A stretch of DNA of 64,000 nucleotides from Lama guanicoe (Eukaryota): contig MU054187.1 in NCBI GenBank assembly GCA_013239625.1, positions 1,119,587-1,183,586 of the forward strand. Direction: 5' to 3'. The position numbers and the translations under genes were made by a program. Positions 51,500 to 64,000 of this stretch are shown piece by piece. How positions within the stretch are numbered: position 1 is the first letter of the stretch; each line of letters starts with the position of its first letter. The notes below the pieces were generated by a model that saw only the letters and a program-made list of their open reading frames with translations, searched no databases and was not told where the DNA came from.

Positions 51500-51860
51500 G
51501 TTCTAACTCGGAGCCGACCGGTGTGAATGGAGGTGTTGGTTGGAAGGTTGTCCGCGCTGTTCGGCGGAGAGTGCGACGCGGCCCCAGGCGCTCAGGCTGC
51601 TGTGCTGGGGCGGCCTCTCGGGACCAGCCGCCTCCGCGCGCGCACGGGGGCCCTCTGGGTCCGCGCGCCGCGCGTGCTGCTGCCCCGCCGCGTGGCTTCG
51701 TCGTGTGCGCGAGTCCCCGTCAAAGCAGGGACCTGCCCACCTCCGCACACAGCACGACCGAGCAGGTCTCCTCGTGCGCAGACCACCTTCCCTGGGAGTC
51801 TCTAGAGGAAACAGACCAGTGTGTGTGTGCGCGCGCGCGCGCGCGTGTGTGTGCGACTTC
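51500..51860. promoter_or_regulatory. CpG island (further CpG-rich patches at about 52190-52330 and 52560-52780)
   Basis: Dense CpG: 'gcctccgcgcgcgcacggggg...ccgcgcgccgcgcgtgctgc'. Confidence 0.7.
51819..51855. repeat. (GT)5(GC)8(GT)4 Z-DNA-prone microsatellite
   Basis: 37 bp of uninterrupted purine/pyrimidine alternation with (GC)8 at 51829-51844. Confidence 0.92.
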
Positions 51861-54800
51861 AGACCTCTTAACAAATGAACAGGAATTTCCCAATGAGGAA
51901 TTCTGGAGAGGCATTTCTTTCAAATGGGCCTATTTTACCAAATTGTGTCCTCGTGATTAAATACTGAGCCGTAAAGACACCCAGAGGGGATGGGGGAAGG
52001 ACTGATGAAATCGCTTCCACACTGTGTGGACGGTGCTGTTCCACGTACCACTGTTTTGGAGGAATTCCAGAAATTTTTTTTGGCATAAATATGAATACTT
52101 ACGAGTTGATCTGAAAGTAATCTAAAGTGTGTTGCTGTTGAACTTTCGGTAGAATAAAATATGACTTATTACCATGTCCTGCATTGGAACGGTGCAGATG
52201 GCGGTACAGGACGCCATCGCTTGGGTGGCAGGTGCTGGGTTTCGCCGCGCGGGGCCTGGGAGCCGGGCTCTGGAGCACGTCCCGGGTCAGCCAGCCTCTC
52301 GTGCTCGGCGCCTTCTGCTCCCGGGGATTTCCCCAGGGTTCTCCGTGCAGTGAAACTGGCCTGACCCAATCGGTATTAATCTGCATCTCTACTAACAGTC
52401 TGATTTGGGGCCAGGAGAGCTTTTTCATTTGTCCACCCTCGTCTTTGACAGTTAGAATATGAAATGAGAAGCACAGAAAGAGACAGATACTAGCCATGTA
52501 GACAGATGAGGACTGAGGCGGTTTCCTGCCAGAGCTGAGGAACAATGGAAGAGGGACGCCCCAGAAGCAAGGGGAAGTCACCGCCCGCCACACGCCACCT
52601 GCACATCCCGGGAGGCCTTGCCTGCTTCCCCTGGGGCGCCTCGAGGGGCTGTGATGCCAGAGGGAAATAGGCACAAACAAACCTTGTCTGTCTCCGAGTT
52701 CGGAAACGGCATGCAGCCAACCGGGTCCGCGCCGATCCTGTCCGTAGCCCGACCCCGGCTGCCGCCACGGGAGCCAGCTGCTGGGGGCCCTCACCTGGGG
52801 ACCAGTCTTCCAGGGCAGGGCCAAACAGCTCGTCTCAGTTAAAACACAACACGTGTACATCAAGAGAGGAAGACAGAACGATCAGCCTAGAATTTTGGAA
52901 GGTGGTATTCTTCAGGAAATTTATGGGTATAATTTTTTATACACAAATTAAAATGCTACATTTGTTTCTGCTTAAAAACAATTAAAAATAATGTTAGATA
53001 ATAGAAATTGATAAATACATCAGGCTCTATTTAACTAAATACATTTTTAATTGTTCTGTTTATATAGCCCTCAATACTACCCCGTGTTACAGATGAATCA
53101 ACATTTTAATGTTTTGGTAAAATGAACAGGGCCATATGACAGAATGCCTTAACATTTCTGTGAAAGATGAAACTATTTTTGTTTATGTGTATTTTATATA
53201 CATGTATCAGTATAGGAAGCATCTTAATATTGGATACCACTGTCCGAAGGATGGACACGGGGCACAGAAATATTTTTGCCTTTTCTCTATGTGCTTCAAT
53301 TTACCACTACAAATAAACCAAAATAAACCATATAAAAGGGCATTGCATGACAGAGCACAGTCTGAGTAGGGCTCATTAGTTCTCATTTTTATTTACACTG
53401 AAACTTTAGAACAAGATAATTAGCTGCGAGTCACATTATGAAATGAGCAGTAAGGAGAACAAAAACTTTTACCTAAAAATGGTAATTCACGACCGTATTG
53501 CGCTATTTAACCAACGTTTAGGGCTCTTATGACTATGTTCGTGCTTGAGTGTGTCAGCATAATTGGGCAACAATTAAGTGTTGACATCCTGAAATTTTAT
53601 AATTGATATTCAGAGTGACAATGATGAATGCCAAAGAGATTCATCCAATAAGAGATCAATTATAGAGTTATTTTTTAAAACAATTTGAAAAGAATTGTCA
53701 ATCCAGAAAAATAATTGTAATTTAAATAACTGATTGTATCCAAGCTCTCCCCATTGATAGGCAAAGACATATCTCTGAGACTCAAAATCCAATAGTGTCC
53801 AAACATTCTGGAGAATTTTTAGAACTATTCTGGAGAATGAGTTTAATTAAATTTTCTGGGATGACTGTTCATATAGTATTTGAACAGAGAGATAAGAATT
53901 AACACAACAAGGCTTTTATGAGTAATATCCAGGGAAATTGCAAAGTTAAATTAGTCATTAGTTTGCATTAGAATAGCTTATTTATGGTAAAAATACATTG
54001 GCAAATTCACTGATTGATGTTAATTAAGAAATCAAGGATTTTTAAAAAATAGAAAGTCAGTGAATTTCTGTTTCATTTAGAACCATGGTTCAGGTGTGTC
54101 TCCCTTGGTCTAACTCCTCGGTGCTGACAGGAGACTAGGACATCTGTCGTCCCACGACTGCCTGATGGGCAGCTGGTCCACCGGGTGGACTGACCTTCCT
54201 ATCCTTTCATGGAAGCATCTCCCACAGCTGCACAGAGAAAAACAATTTAGACACTTCTGTGGGTATTATTGATCTGTTTTTGGTTTTGTTTTGTTTTGTT
54301 TTTACCTTCTTTAGCATTTATTATTTCTGGCTTAGCCTGTTTTAGCACATTGTTTTATGCATCGCTTTTCTCAGCTACTTTTCAAGTATGGAACTTATCT
54401 CTCCAGTAAGACAGTACTTTACTGAAGGAAAGATACATCTTATTTTGTCAATAATCACACATTAGGTTTTTATAAGAACCTGGCAAAAAGAAAATAAGGA
54501 AATTCAATAAATGTGTACACAGGTGACACAGTCGGAGGGGGGATAGTTGGCACCAGTCCGTGACAAGTTTATTGTAAATTACTTAGAAAAAATTGTTTCA
54601 GATTTTGTCTGAAACAGTGTGTGCTAGACTACATAATTAAAGGAACTTTTTCTAGGCCTAGGATACGATGATCACAACTTTGTTGACAATTAAAAATTTG
54701 TATATGCATGAATCATATTTGAATGTTGAATTAGAAGATGAATTACTTAGTGTCTTAGGATTCTTTTAATAAGCAGAGGAAAGTTGCTAAAATTTTGTTA

Positions 54801-54929
54801 ACAGTTACCCAAAAAAGTAGGTTAGTGAATAATTTTAGGGAATATTAGATGTGTTCACCCAGGAATACATGCAAGAATAGCATTTGTCCAGTTTGACTCA
54901 TTTTATTTTTGGTGAGGTGTAGTTTATTT

Positions 54930-55815
54930 CCATGGTCTGGTCCCAAGTTGCTGGGGCAGAAACCCTGAAGTTCAGGTCCGGGCTCAGTCAGCTCCCTGTA
55001 ATTGTGTGCTCTTCCCCTTCCCAGCCCCAGCACCTCAGCCCCAGAGGGGACCAGTGCTGGAGTAAAAGGGGTGGGTGTGGGTATTCACAATGGTCCAGGC
55101 TTGTTGTCTGGCCACCATCAGAGACCTGGTCTGCCCTGATGTGGCCTGGGGAAGGGTCAGCCATGGCTGCTCCCCTCCCAGTTCACCCACCGCTTGGGGT
55201 TGAGCAGCCACGGCATCTCGTGGCCGAGCCTCTTCCTCATTTGTGGCCACCTGTGCTCCAGTGTGGAGCTGCGACACTAGCACATGGTGCCAGAGTGTTC
55301 ACATGGCTCAGGCGGGTGTGCACTGGGGTGGGGGTGACAGGAGACAAAGCAGCCACCAGTGTGTTCTCAATCAGTCCTCTCCACCCAGCTCTGGGACCAA
55401 GCCAGCATTTGCACACTCCCCACGGGCAGAGGCCAGGTCCCCACAGCCCTCTTGTCAGTCCTGCCAGCTCTCCAGTCGGCCAAGAGGGCTCGTCTTCCCT
55501 GTGGTGGACCCCATGGCTGTGTGCCCAACATGGGACTTGAACTTTTCACTCCCCAGGAAGGGCATCCCCCTGTGTAAGTGCCCATTCCTCTGAGTCTGGA
55601 GTCAGGTGCCCAGACGCCAACTTAACTGCTTCCCTTCCCTTCCCTTCCCTTCCTGCCTGACTCCACGTGGATCTTTCTTGAAGCCTTAGTTCTACAGGAG
55701 TCTTTCTGCCGGTTTACAGCTAGTTTTCAGTGAGAATTGTTCCACGTGTAAGTGTATTTTGGATGCATTTGTGGGGGATGTAGGTTCTGTGTCCACCTAT
55801 TCTTCCACCGTGACC
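54930..55815 (-). mobile_element. L1 5' UTR fragment (L1M2/L1MA-type)
   Basis: 'gtggatctttctt...gagtctttctgcc...gttttcagtgagaattgttccacgtgta...gcatttgtggggga...tcttccaccgtga' is the antisense of an older L1 5' start. Confidence 0.7.
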
Positions 55816-57513
55816 TCCCAACCCAGAGCAGCATCTGAAACGCCATTACTGCAGGGTTTGCTGGGGCACAGATTGGTCAGCACGCCAGATGTCCTCCTGT
55901 TAATATTTAGCAGAAATATTAAACTTATTTATTAATGTTTGGGGATAAAGCAGTTCAAGGATAAACACATAAATATATACTTTAAAACTTAGTAGTTTTA
56001 AACATTAATGTAATAAATTTGCTGACACCAAAGTTGATTTTAAGCTTGTGATTCAACTTGGCCCAGATGTATTAATTTAGTAAAAGGAAAACTTCATCAC
56101 GACATGAATGTTTAGCTATTTAAACGTTACCAAGTTAAGTATTATCAATATATTGATATATAACTTTTTCATTTTGCTGATGTATAATCATATATAGAAA
56201 ATTCTAATAAAAATCACGTTAGCTTATGAAGAGAGTTATATTAATAAAGTAGTAAATTTCAGTTACTAGGAAGGTAGTCCAGAAGGCTAATAGAATTTTA
56301 CATCTATTATATGGCAGAATCAGTTTTTAAAATACTTGGCAGTAAAATCCAGTTGCCATTTATATGGCTGTTCAGCACCTGCATAATAGGTGGTGACTGT
56401 GAAATAATGTTCTGATCTCATTCTATGTAATAAGAGTGGGCCAACAGTAGATTTAATGGAAAAAAGTCAAGTGGAAGCATACACGGCCAACTCTATTTAC
56501 AATTTAATTCTAGTGTCTAGGCTAGACTTGTGATATTAAAACCTGTTACAATAAATGCCCCTTTATATTCTACAAAACACTGTTCTCACATTTAATAAAA
56601 ATATGCTCATCATGATAACTCCATGAATTCTGAGATTAAGAACAATTACCGATTTCTAAATGACCCCGAGAGTGGCGGGGCAGTGATGCAAGCCTTTGTT
56701 CTGATTTCCCACTCTGAGCTGTCACCACATCATCAGGGTAACAGAGGAGCAGGTGCATCTCAAGATGAGCGAGACGCTGGCACTATTCGTTCTGGGCCAT
56801 AGAACCAAGAGGGGGCATCTGCTTATTTGGGGACTTTGATTCCTTTTCTTAACTTTATTATTTTTCATTCTACTCCAGAAATAAGATCCAGCACAACAGA
56901 AATACCGCATCACTGCACACTTTGAGATAGGAGAGCTTCATATGTGTTTTAACCTCTGAAATATTATTGCATCATGAACTAATGACTTCTGGGTATTTTG
57001 GATTTTCTCACTTTTCTCCAGTAGTTAAATTTTGGACTCCTGATACAAATGCTCTTTTATAAAATGAGAACAATGTTTTCTGTTGAACCACAGAAAGAGC
57101 ATACTTACTAACACTCCCTGTGTCGTGTAAAGAGTTTAAGGAAGGTTGTGAGAAATGACGGGAGTGAAGGCATGGAAGGATGCCCAGCGCTATGTGCTGT
57201 GCGTGGCCTCTAAACTCCCCTTAACTGGTCTAGATACTTAAGAAAAAATTTAATACAGAGAAAAAAATTCATTCACATTCCACTGCCTTAGGTTCCAGTC
57301 TAAAGAATACTCATTGCTGGTTGTTGCATGTTCAGATTTATTTAACACTCATGACTATGTATGTTATCTGTTCTTATAGGAATTAAAAAGCTATTCATCT
57401 TAAGAAATATAGGAATTTATAATGCACACTGATTACACAGTTCCTATGCTTTTTCCAGTAGAGGGGATTACAGTGAAAGGTGCAATTAAACAAATGCCAT
57501 CATGTTTAATTGG

Positions 57514-57657
57514 TTTTCTTTTTTTTTTTTCTTGAGGAGGGAGGTAATTAGCTTTATTCATTTATTTATTTTTAGAGAGGGTACTGGGGATTGAACCCAG
57601 GACCTCATGCACGGTAAGCTTGCGTGCTGCCACTCGGGCTATACCTTCCGCTCTCCT
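57514..57657 (-). mobile_element. tRNA-derived SINE, camelid Vic-1-like (second copy)
   Basis: Shares 'ggtaattag...tttatttatttttaga...gggtactggggattgaacccaggacctcatgca' with the copy at 16421; poly-T tail at the left end. Confidence 0.85.
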
Positions 57658-57759
57658 CAATTTTAAACAGTACTCTATCGTCATCACAGTGTGTTTTAGT
57701 TACGGAAATTTTAAAAATATAGGCGCACAGAGGATACATCAGCAGCACCACCAGAGCTC

Positions 57760-60000
57760 GTATCCCAGCAAGATGGCAAACTAATGAACGGAATAGCCTT
57801 GCAATGCAATACACTAAAAACTTAGGTACACACGTCCTCTCTGTGCAGAGTCGCGCAGGCAGGAAAGTGGCAGAACCCTCAGGGCGGAGGCAGCCGCCCG
57901 CAGGCACCGCGCTCCAGTGCTGGGAGCGCCCCCCCCGCCCCCGCCGGCCACGCCTCTGGATTCACAGGCGCGAGGAAGGAAGGAGCGAAGTGTCCACCCT
58001 GCGCAGGAGGGAGGCCGTGGGAGCCCCCCACGGACACAGCCTGCAGAAGGCGCTTTTCTCAGGGAAGCGGCCGCAGTGTAAGGAAGGGCTGGAGACCGAG
58101 GGGAGAGTCCCGCTCTCCACGCGGGGAGGAAAACAGCTTTACGGGAGCTTCCGGGCCCGGCTGAGCACAGCCTGCCTGCTACACGGACTCAGCCCCGCTG
58201 CTGTGGGCCCCCAAAGACACAGCCTGCAGGTGATTCTAAGACGATCCCCATTGGTGGTCCCTCCCAGGTACCGAGAGAGTGAGTAATGGGAGTCCTCCTT
58301 AAATCAAAGCCTCAAAAATCCCAGAGAGAAATGTCATTGATCATAAGCTGACAATCCTCAAAATTACATGAGGCCCGAGGTTACAAGCCAGAAGGAGCCA
58401 GTGCAGCAGAAGCAGCAAGCCCCAGGAGCCAAGCGGCAGAGCGTCCGGATGAAACGGGCAGATTATGAAGGGCAAACGATACGAGAGAAGAGTGGTGTGA
58501 TTTTATCAACATAAGACAAAGCAGAGCTTCTGAACAAAAGCCTTTCTGGAGATCAAACACGAAAGTTCAGTTCAGCAGGAGAAGAGGACAATTCTAAATG
58601 CTCGTGAACCCAGTACCGTAAGTTCAAAATATGTAAAGCCTGAAGTGAAAGAACTACAGAGAGAACTTGCCCCATTGACAGATCTTTGGGGAGATTTTAA
58701 TACACTTGCCTTCAAAATTGATAGTAAGTGTACGGAAGATTTGAATCACACACATTGTAAAGTATAAAGAGATTCTATGTCCTAAAACATTACATACATC
58801 TTGAAAATCATTTTGTTCTGCAAAAATACGCATAGAAACACAGCAAGCCTTCTGAGAGAGAGTTCGGGAGGACAGTCCAAAATGATACAGCCTTGTAACG
58901 TGAGCACAGCATGAAGGGGAGTCCTTAAGACTCTAGGGGATCATTTGGAAGCCCGTGTCGATGTGTCAGCGGAACAGATGCCGTCACCGTGGTTCCTAAA
59001 GACATGCCGGTGCAGTGGAGTGGAAGTGGTGTCTCAGCTTTACCTGGGCCGTGGCTGGTGGGTGCGCAGACAAGCCAGATGGAATCCCGTAACTGTGCTG
59101 TGTTTTCCTCCAGCTGCGAGTGTGCTCCTGTTGGCGGGACCGCGGGAGGAGGGCGGCGGGGCAGGAGCCCAGCCCCGCACGGGCCGGCCTGCGCCTCCGA
59201 GATGGAGCCCCGAGGGCTCGCTGCTGGGCTGGAGCCTTGCTCCGCCGGCGCAAGACAGATGCCGCAGTGCTTCTCCTGCCAGGATAGCAGTAACGTTGAC
59301 GACGCTCCCATTTCCAGACAAAGGTCATAATTCTACCATCGTTCTCCTGCGCGTGCCTAGAATATGTTGTGGATGAACAAACACAATTTTTATTCTATTC
59401 CAAAGAAATTATTCTATTAATGAATCACATGTGAGTGGGTTTGCTTTACAGAAACACACTGTGGCAGAGGAGGCTGCATGTGGAGCCCTAAGCGGGCTGT
59501 TGGAGGAGACATCTTTCTTGCAATCAAGTCCATCAAACAAGTATTGGTATCACATAGATTATATTCTCTGACCGAAGTTCAACTAAGTTAGCACAGTTAA
59601 CAATTAGTGAGAAAGGAAAATCATTAAAACTCCCCTATATTTGGAAATTAAAACATTTGGAAACTAAAACTTTCTCATTGATCAAAGAAGAAAACACAAT
59701 GGAAATGGATACAAATGCAAACAATATTGGAATATAGAAATTATTAAATATAAGAATTTGTGGGACAGAGAAATGTATAGTCTTTAATGCATTTATTGGG
59801 GAAAATGCAAGCCTGAAAATTGATTTGAATGCTGAGAAAGATGAAGCAGAAGGAGAGCAATCATGAAAATGGAAATGGAAACAGAAATGGAAATGGAAAT
59901 GGAAACAGAAATGGAAATGGAAATGGAAAGCCAAGACGACAGGTTAAAAAAGACACGATAAAAACAAAAGACTAATAACAACTATGAACGATGTTTAATG
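57760..60000 (+). mobile_element. Decayed old L1M (5' UTR-like start, ORF2 endonuclease pieces) interrupted by other sequence
   Basis: 'caagatggc' start; 'acaattctaaatgctcgtgaaccc...tcaaaatatgtaaagc...ggagattttaatacac'; 'cctatatttggaaattaaaa', 'agaaatgtatagtctttaatgcatttatt'. Confidence 0.6.
59865..59929. repeat. (ATGGAA)n hexamer repeat with a 24-bp higher-order period
   Basis: ACAGAA-ATGGAA-ATGGAA-ATGGAA occurs twice in tandem. Confidence 0.95.
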
Positions 60001-60717
60001 CAAGGCCTCCTACTTCTGCTGTTCCTCCCTGCCATACACACGCGCACACACAAGACTGACCGGTGAGATGTACACTGGGCGGCAGCCAGGGAGCACTGAC
60101 GGTGCAGGAAGGCTCTGGGCGGGAGGACTGTGCATGCTGGTGCTTGGCCCACTTCTCCTCTGCATTTTCCAGTTTGGGAGGAACTTGACAGCTTGGCGGC
60201 TCTGTGGGGACAGCAGTTTGAAGCTAGGACTTGCTGAATGTTGGGACCTTGAAAAGCCACACGTTAGTAAACCTGAAGCCGACAGCTCCTCACCAGGGAG
60301 TGCGCTCGGCCTCAAGTGATCTCCGATGCTGAAGTTAGTGTCAGTGCCCAGAGTGCGAGTGCTTCCAGGTGCAGACAGAAGCAACTGGGCATCCTCTCTG
60401 GGGGCAGATGACATCATCCTAGAATTTAACTGGTTTCTGTAAACACCTTTGCAAATACAACGTTATGCGTGCAAGAAACACTGACCACCAACCGGAGAAG
60501 AAGGCAAAAACACATGAGAGAAAATTGCAAAAACAATAACTTCAGTAAAAATAAGTCAACAGGAGCCTCAGAAATTGGAGTTATCAGAAGAAGACACTTA
60601 ATACCTGTAAATCCGAAAATTTATAGAAAATTGAAAAACTTCTAGAAACAATTTCAGGGACAATTCAAAACAAAACAAACAAGCTTAGTATTAAAGAATT
60701 CAAGGAGATATTAACAG

Positions 60718-60855
60718 GAGTGGGGAGAAAGAATGACTGCTAATAGACACAAGTTCTTCTGGGGGTAGCAAACATTTTCTGGAGTCAGATACTGATCATA
60801 GGTGCATAAACTTATAACCACACTAAAAACTACTGAATTGTGTACTTTAAAAGAA
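60718..60855 (+). mobile_element. L1MB-type 3' end
   Basis: 'aatgactgctaatagacacaagttcttctggggg...actaaaaactactgaattgtgtactttaaaag'. Confidence 0.8.
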
Positions 60856-60937
60856 AAGAAATATTAAATATCTCCCAGTGACAGAATAGCTTAGCATGTA
60901 AGTTTCACCAGCTATTTGGGAAACAAATCATTTCGAT

Positions 60938-61316
60938 CTTTTTCTTCCAGCTTTATTGAGACGTAATTGGAAGGTAACACTGTGTAAGGATTAAGATGTG
61001 CAAGGTGATGATTTGATACATAGATATTGTGAAATGATTACTACACTAAGGTGAGTTAACACTTTCATAACCTCACAGAACTGCTGTTGTTTGTGGTGAG
61101 AACGCTGAAGGTCTGCTCTCTCAGCTCTCACGTGCACAGCACAGCGCTGCTCATTGCTGTTACCACGCTGCACACGAGACCCAGAACTTGCTGGCCTGAC
61201 CCTGGCGTGCTCGCCACCTCAGCAGGTTCTTTTCCATTGTGAGTTATTACGATATATCGAATGTAGTTCCCTGTGCTGTTCAGTGGGTCCTTGTTGCTCA
61301 TCTATTTCATATACAG
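60938..61316 (-). mobile_element. L1 3'-end fragments (L1MA-type plus a short younger piece)
   Basis: 'ccagctttattgagacgtaattg' (same family as 18972), then 'tagttccctgtgctgttcagtgggtccttgttg'. Confidence 0.8.
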
Positions 61317-61329
61317 TAGAAAACTGTGA

Positions 61330-64000
61330 AGAGATCACATACAATCTGATATAAAATCACACCACAGCCCCAAGTGTAGACCTCACACAGCTTTAGCAGC
61401 TGTAAAGCAGCGTCCACGCCGTTTCTTCTCTATCCTCCGTTCACTTCCCTCTACTTTCGTTGCTTATTTTGAAGCAAATCCCAGGCATCATGAAACTAAC
61501 TTTTAAAGTAGTTTAGTAAGTGTATCTGAAAAAGAAGTACACTTTTTAGAATCAAAACATTATCAAAGTGATGCTTTAATATAAACAAGTATTTAGTGTT
61601 TGAATTTTCCCCAAGTGTTTCATAATTCTTTGTCATATTTTATTCAAATCAGGAACCAAATAAAGATCATCAATTAACGATAATACGGTTAAGCCCTTAA
61701 ATTTTTTTTTTTTGCAATTTCTCTCTTGAAATAACCAGGACCTCCTCTATCTGATAGCGTTTCTTAGAGTCTGAAATTTTTTCAATTGCATGACTGTGAA
61801 GCAATTTAATATGTTTATGCTCCTCTGTTCCCTGTGTGTTTCCTGCAAATCTCTAATTAGACTGACAGAGTTGATGAGATTCAAGACCCACTATTTTGCA
61901 CAGAATATTTAACTGGTGATGTTATACACTTCAGTCGGAAGCTGCATGTCTAATTTTCTCTCTTTTATGAAATCAGCCGTCACTGATGACTCTTGACTAG
62001 ATCTGTTATTTAATTAGAATTTTGAGAATGGTCTTAATTTATTGCCTAGAATACATTTATAACAGGAAACTTCTACTTAACTTGAGGGGCAGCCCGCATG
62101 GAAAAGGCAATGACAAAGGACAAGGGCTGCATTGTTTTCCTTTACTTACCAGTTTCTGAAATACCAATTTTTCCCTGAAGCAAGGAGGCAAAAGGGAATT
62201 TTTAAACATCCCTTTAAATTTATATTTTAACACATTTAATTCATCACTATAAATATCCTTATTGATGCTAAAATAATCTCAACTCTGGCCAATAGGAATT
62301 TCTTCAGGTGTCCCACGTGTCCATATCATACATCTTAAGTGGCATTTGATAGTGTCTTGTCTTCTGCTATAATGAAATCCTTCAGGCTTATGGATCACAG
62401 CCCTGGAAGTAGCTAAACCTTAAAGAAAACTTTCAGAGGCTAAACTCCGGACAGTGGGTTCTCACTGCTTCTCCTACAGTCGTGGTTTCTAGGACTTTTA
62501 GTAGAAAGATGAGTCATTGTGGGATCACGTGTCTGCTCCTGATTAAATCGGGGAGGCGGTTCTTCAGTGCTGACTCTGCGTCTGTGGCTCCTGCCTCCCT
62601 CCCGGCGCGGTCCCGGCTCCTGACAGCGTGGGGAGTCTCTGCTGCTCTAGGGAACCTTCAACCCCTTCTCTCTCCATTTTGTCTGTGATACTCTGTTCAG
62701 CTTCTGTGGGGTACTCACGCTACTGCAACACATTATAATCTCTGTAGAAGAGCTTCACTCCGTCTAGGCTTTAAAATGTATTTATGACGAGTTTTATAAA
62801 GCAGCGTCTTAGGCTTTTGAAACGTCTTCCTTGATAGGTACCCCCTTTTTAGTTTTCAATATCATTTGCTTCCTCTCTCTCTTTTTTTAATCTGTTAGGT
62901 TGGCTAGGGGGTTCCTTACTTCATTGATTTTATTATGAATCAGTATTTACATGCATATATTCGTTCCGAATTCTGGAACTGTTTGTTTTTAACTTTATTT
63001 TTGATTTATAATTACTAATTCCATTCTTTTGCTTTTTGTTTCATCTTATATTTCTTGTTTTGTCTTCAGTAGAGAGTTTAATTCATTTCTTTATTTTCAT
63101 TTCCAAAAGTTTCAATACATCATGTCATAAATTTCTTTCTCATAACTTCTTTACCTGTTTTCCAGAGCCTGAAACATTGTGCAATCAATAGCATTGTTTT
63201 AAAAGTAATTCTGTCATCTTATTTTGAATTTTTATTTAATCTAAAGCTGTCAGATAAAACCTCTTTGCTTTCTGTTTGTGCTAATCGTATTGAATTTATT
63301 GTACCTACATTCAACTTGTATTGTTACATTATTTGTATTCTTTGAAAATTATTGAGATGGTTTTTAGGAAAAGATATGGAAAATGTTTGCCCGTGTTCCT
63401 TGGCCACTTAGAAAGAAGACACAGTCTGTGTCATCGGGGCTGAGTCATGAGCATCCTTCGGTGCTGTGCTCCAGTTGGCCCTTGGAGCTCTTCCCCCTGA
63501 GTGAGGACGCTAGGCTCTCAGGCGAGGGCCAGCTGGCGTCTCAGTTGCTCCTGCCCTCTGAGCGCCTCCTCTGCCCCTCCACTCCTGCAGGACAGCTGAC
63601 GCCCCAGGCCTGCTGCTGGGGGGGTGGGGCTCCTTGCCACGGTTTGGGGCTCGTGGGGATGGATAGCACTAGATGTTGTCCGTGGTTTGGTTTGTTCCTT
63701 TCTCCATTTCCTTGTTGGTTTTGCCCTACTTGCTCTGTTGTTTCATTTTATTTCAGGGGTTGGGAGAGGGCTGAAGATTGGAAAGTGTGTGAATCCATCC
63801 ATATCTTGACCAGACCTTGATATCAGTCATTTAATCTGGTAGTGTTTTGAATAGTTAGACCAGCATCACAAAAAAACCTCCCTTTTGATATATGAACACC
63901 CTTTGACTTCTATTACAGCTTGAAATTAGAAATGATTATACTTTGCCAGTAAATACAATATTTTGGCTTCTGCTGATGGATGGAAAGTTGGAGGAATAGT
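61330..64000 (-). mobile_element. Old L1MC/L1ME fragments
   Basis: 'tattttgaagcaaatcccaggcatca', 'ttcaaatcaggaaccaaataaag', 'ggccaataggaatttcttcagg', T-rich ORF2 antisense 'ttctttgaaaattattgaga...aatgtttgcccgtg'. Confidence 0.6.

Noticed and set aside
52099..52863. Longest ORF (254 aa, minus strand)
   Set aside because: Lies in GC-rich, stop-poor DNA; no recognisable domain.
54932..55540. 202-aa ORF
   Set aside because: Falls inside an antisense L1 5' UTR.
58033..58229. Direct repeat GACACAGCCTGCAG 183 bp apart
   Set aside because: Probably an internal repeat of the old L1 5' UTR, not an independent element.
59635..59981. FHFHF and SISIS low-complexity ORFs
   Set aside because: Translations of the (ATGGAA)n repeat.

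Overview
This is mammalian genomic DNA, most likely camelid: two tRNA-derived SINEs resemble the camelid Vic-1 family. It is repeat-rich. I see many L1 fragments (mostly minus strand), MaLR/MLT1 LTRs, MIR, L2 and MER5-type DNA transposons, two young minisatellites (51-bp and 34-bp units), microsatellites and several CpG-rich patches. I recognise no intact protein-coding gene, RNA gene or CRISPR array; the only ORF-track peptides I recognise are L1 ORF2 remnants. The most interesting signals are: (i) a chain of plus-strand exon-like cassettes at about 14-35.5 kb, often with stops or frameshifts, which could be a decayed multi-exon gene or a lncRNA, and which fits the minus-strand L1 bias; (ii) ancient repeats locally rewritten to GC/CpG-rich sequence, a possible GC-biased gene conversion footprint; (iii) a palindromic 34-bp minisatellite seeded on a steroid-response-like element; (iv) a perfect RFX X-box beside a CpG island with a Z-DNA tract. 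Repeat subfamily names come from memory of consensus sequences and repeat boundaries are approximate; no search was run. I found no convincing novel biological system.
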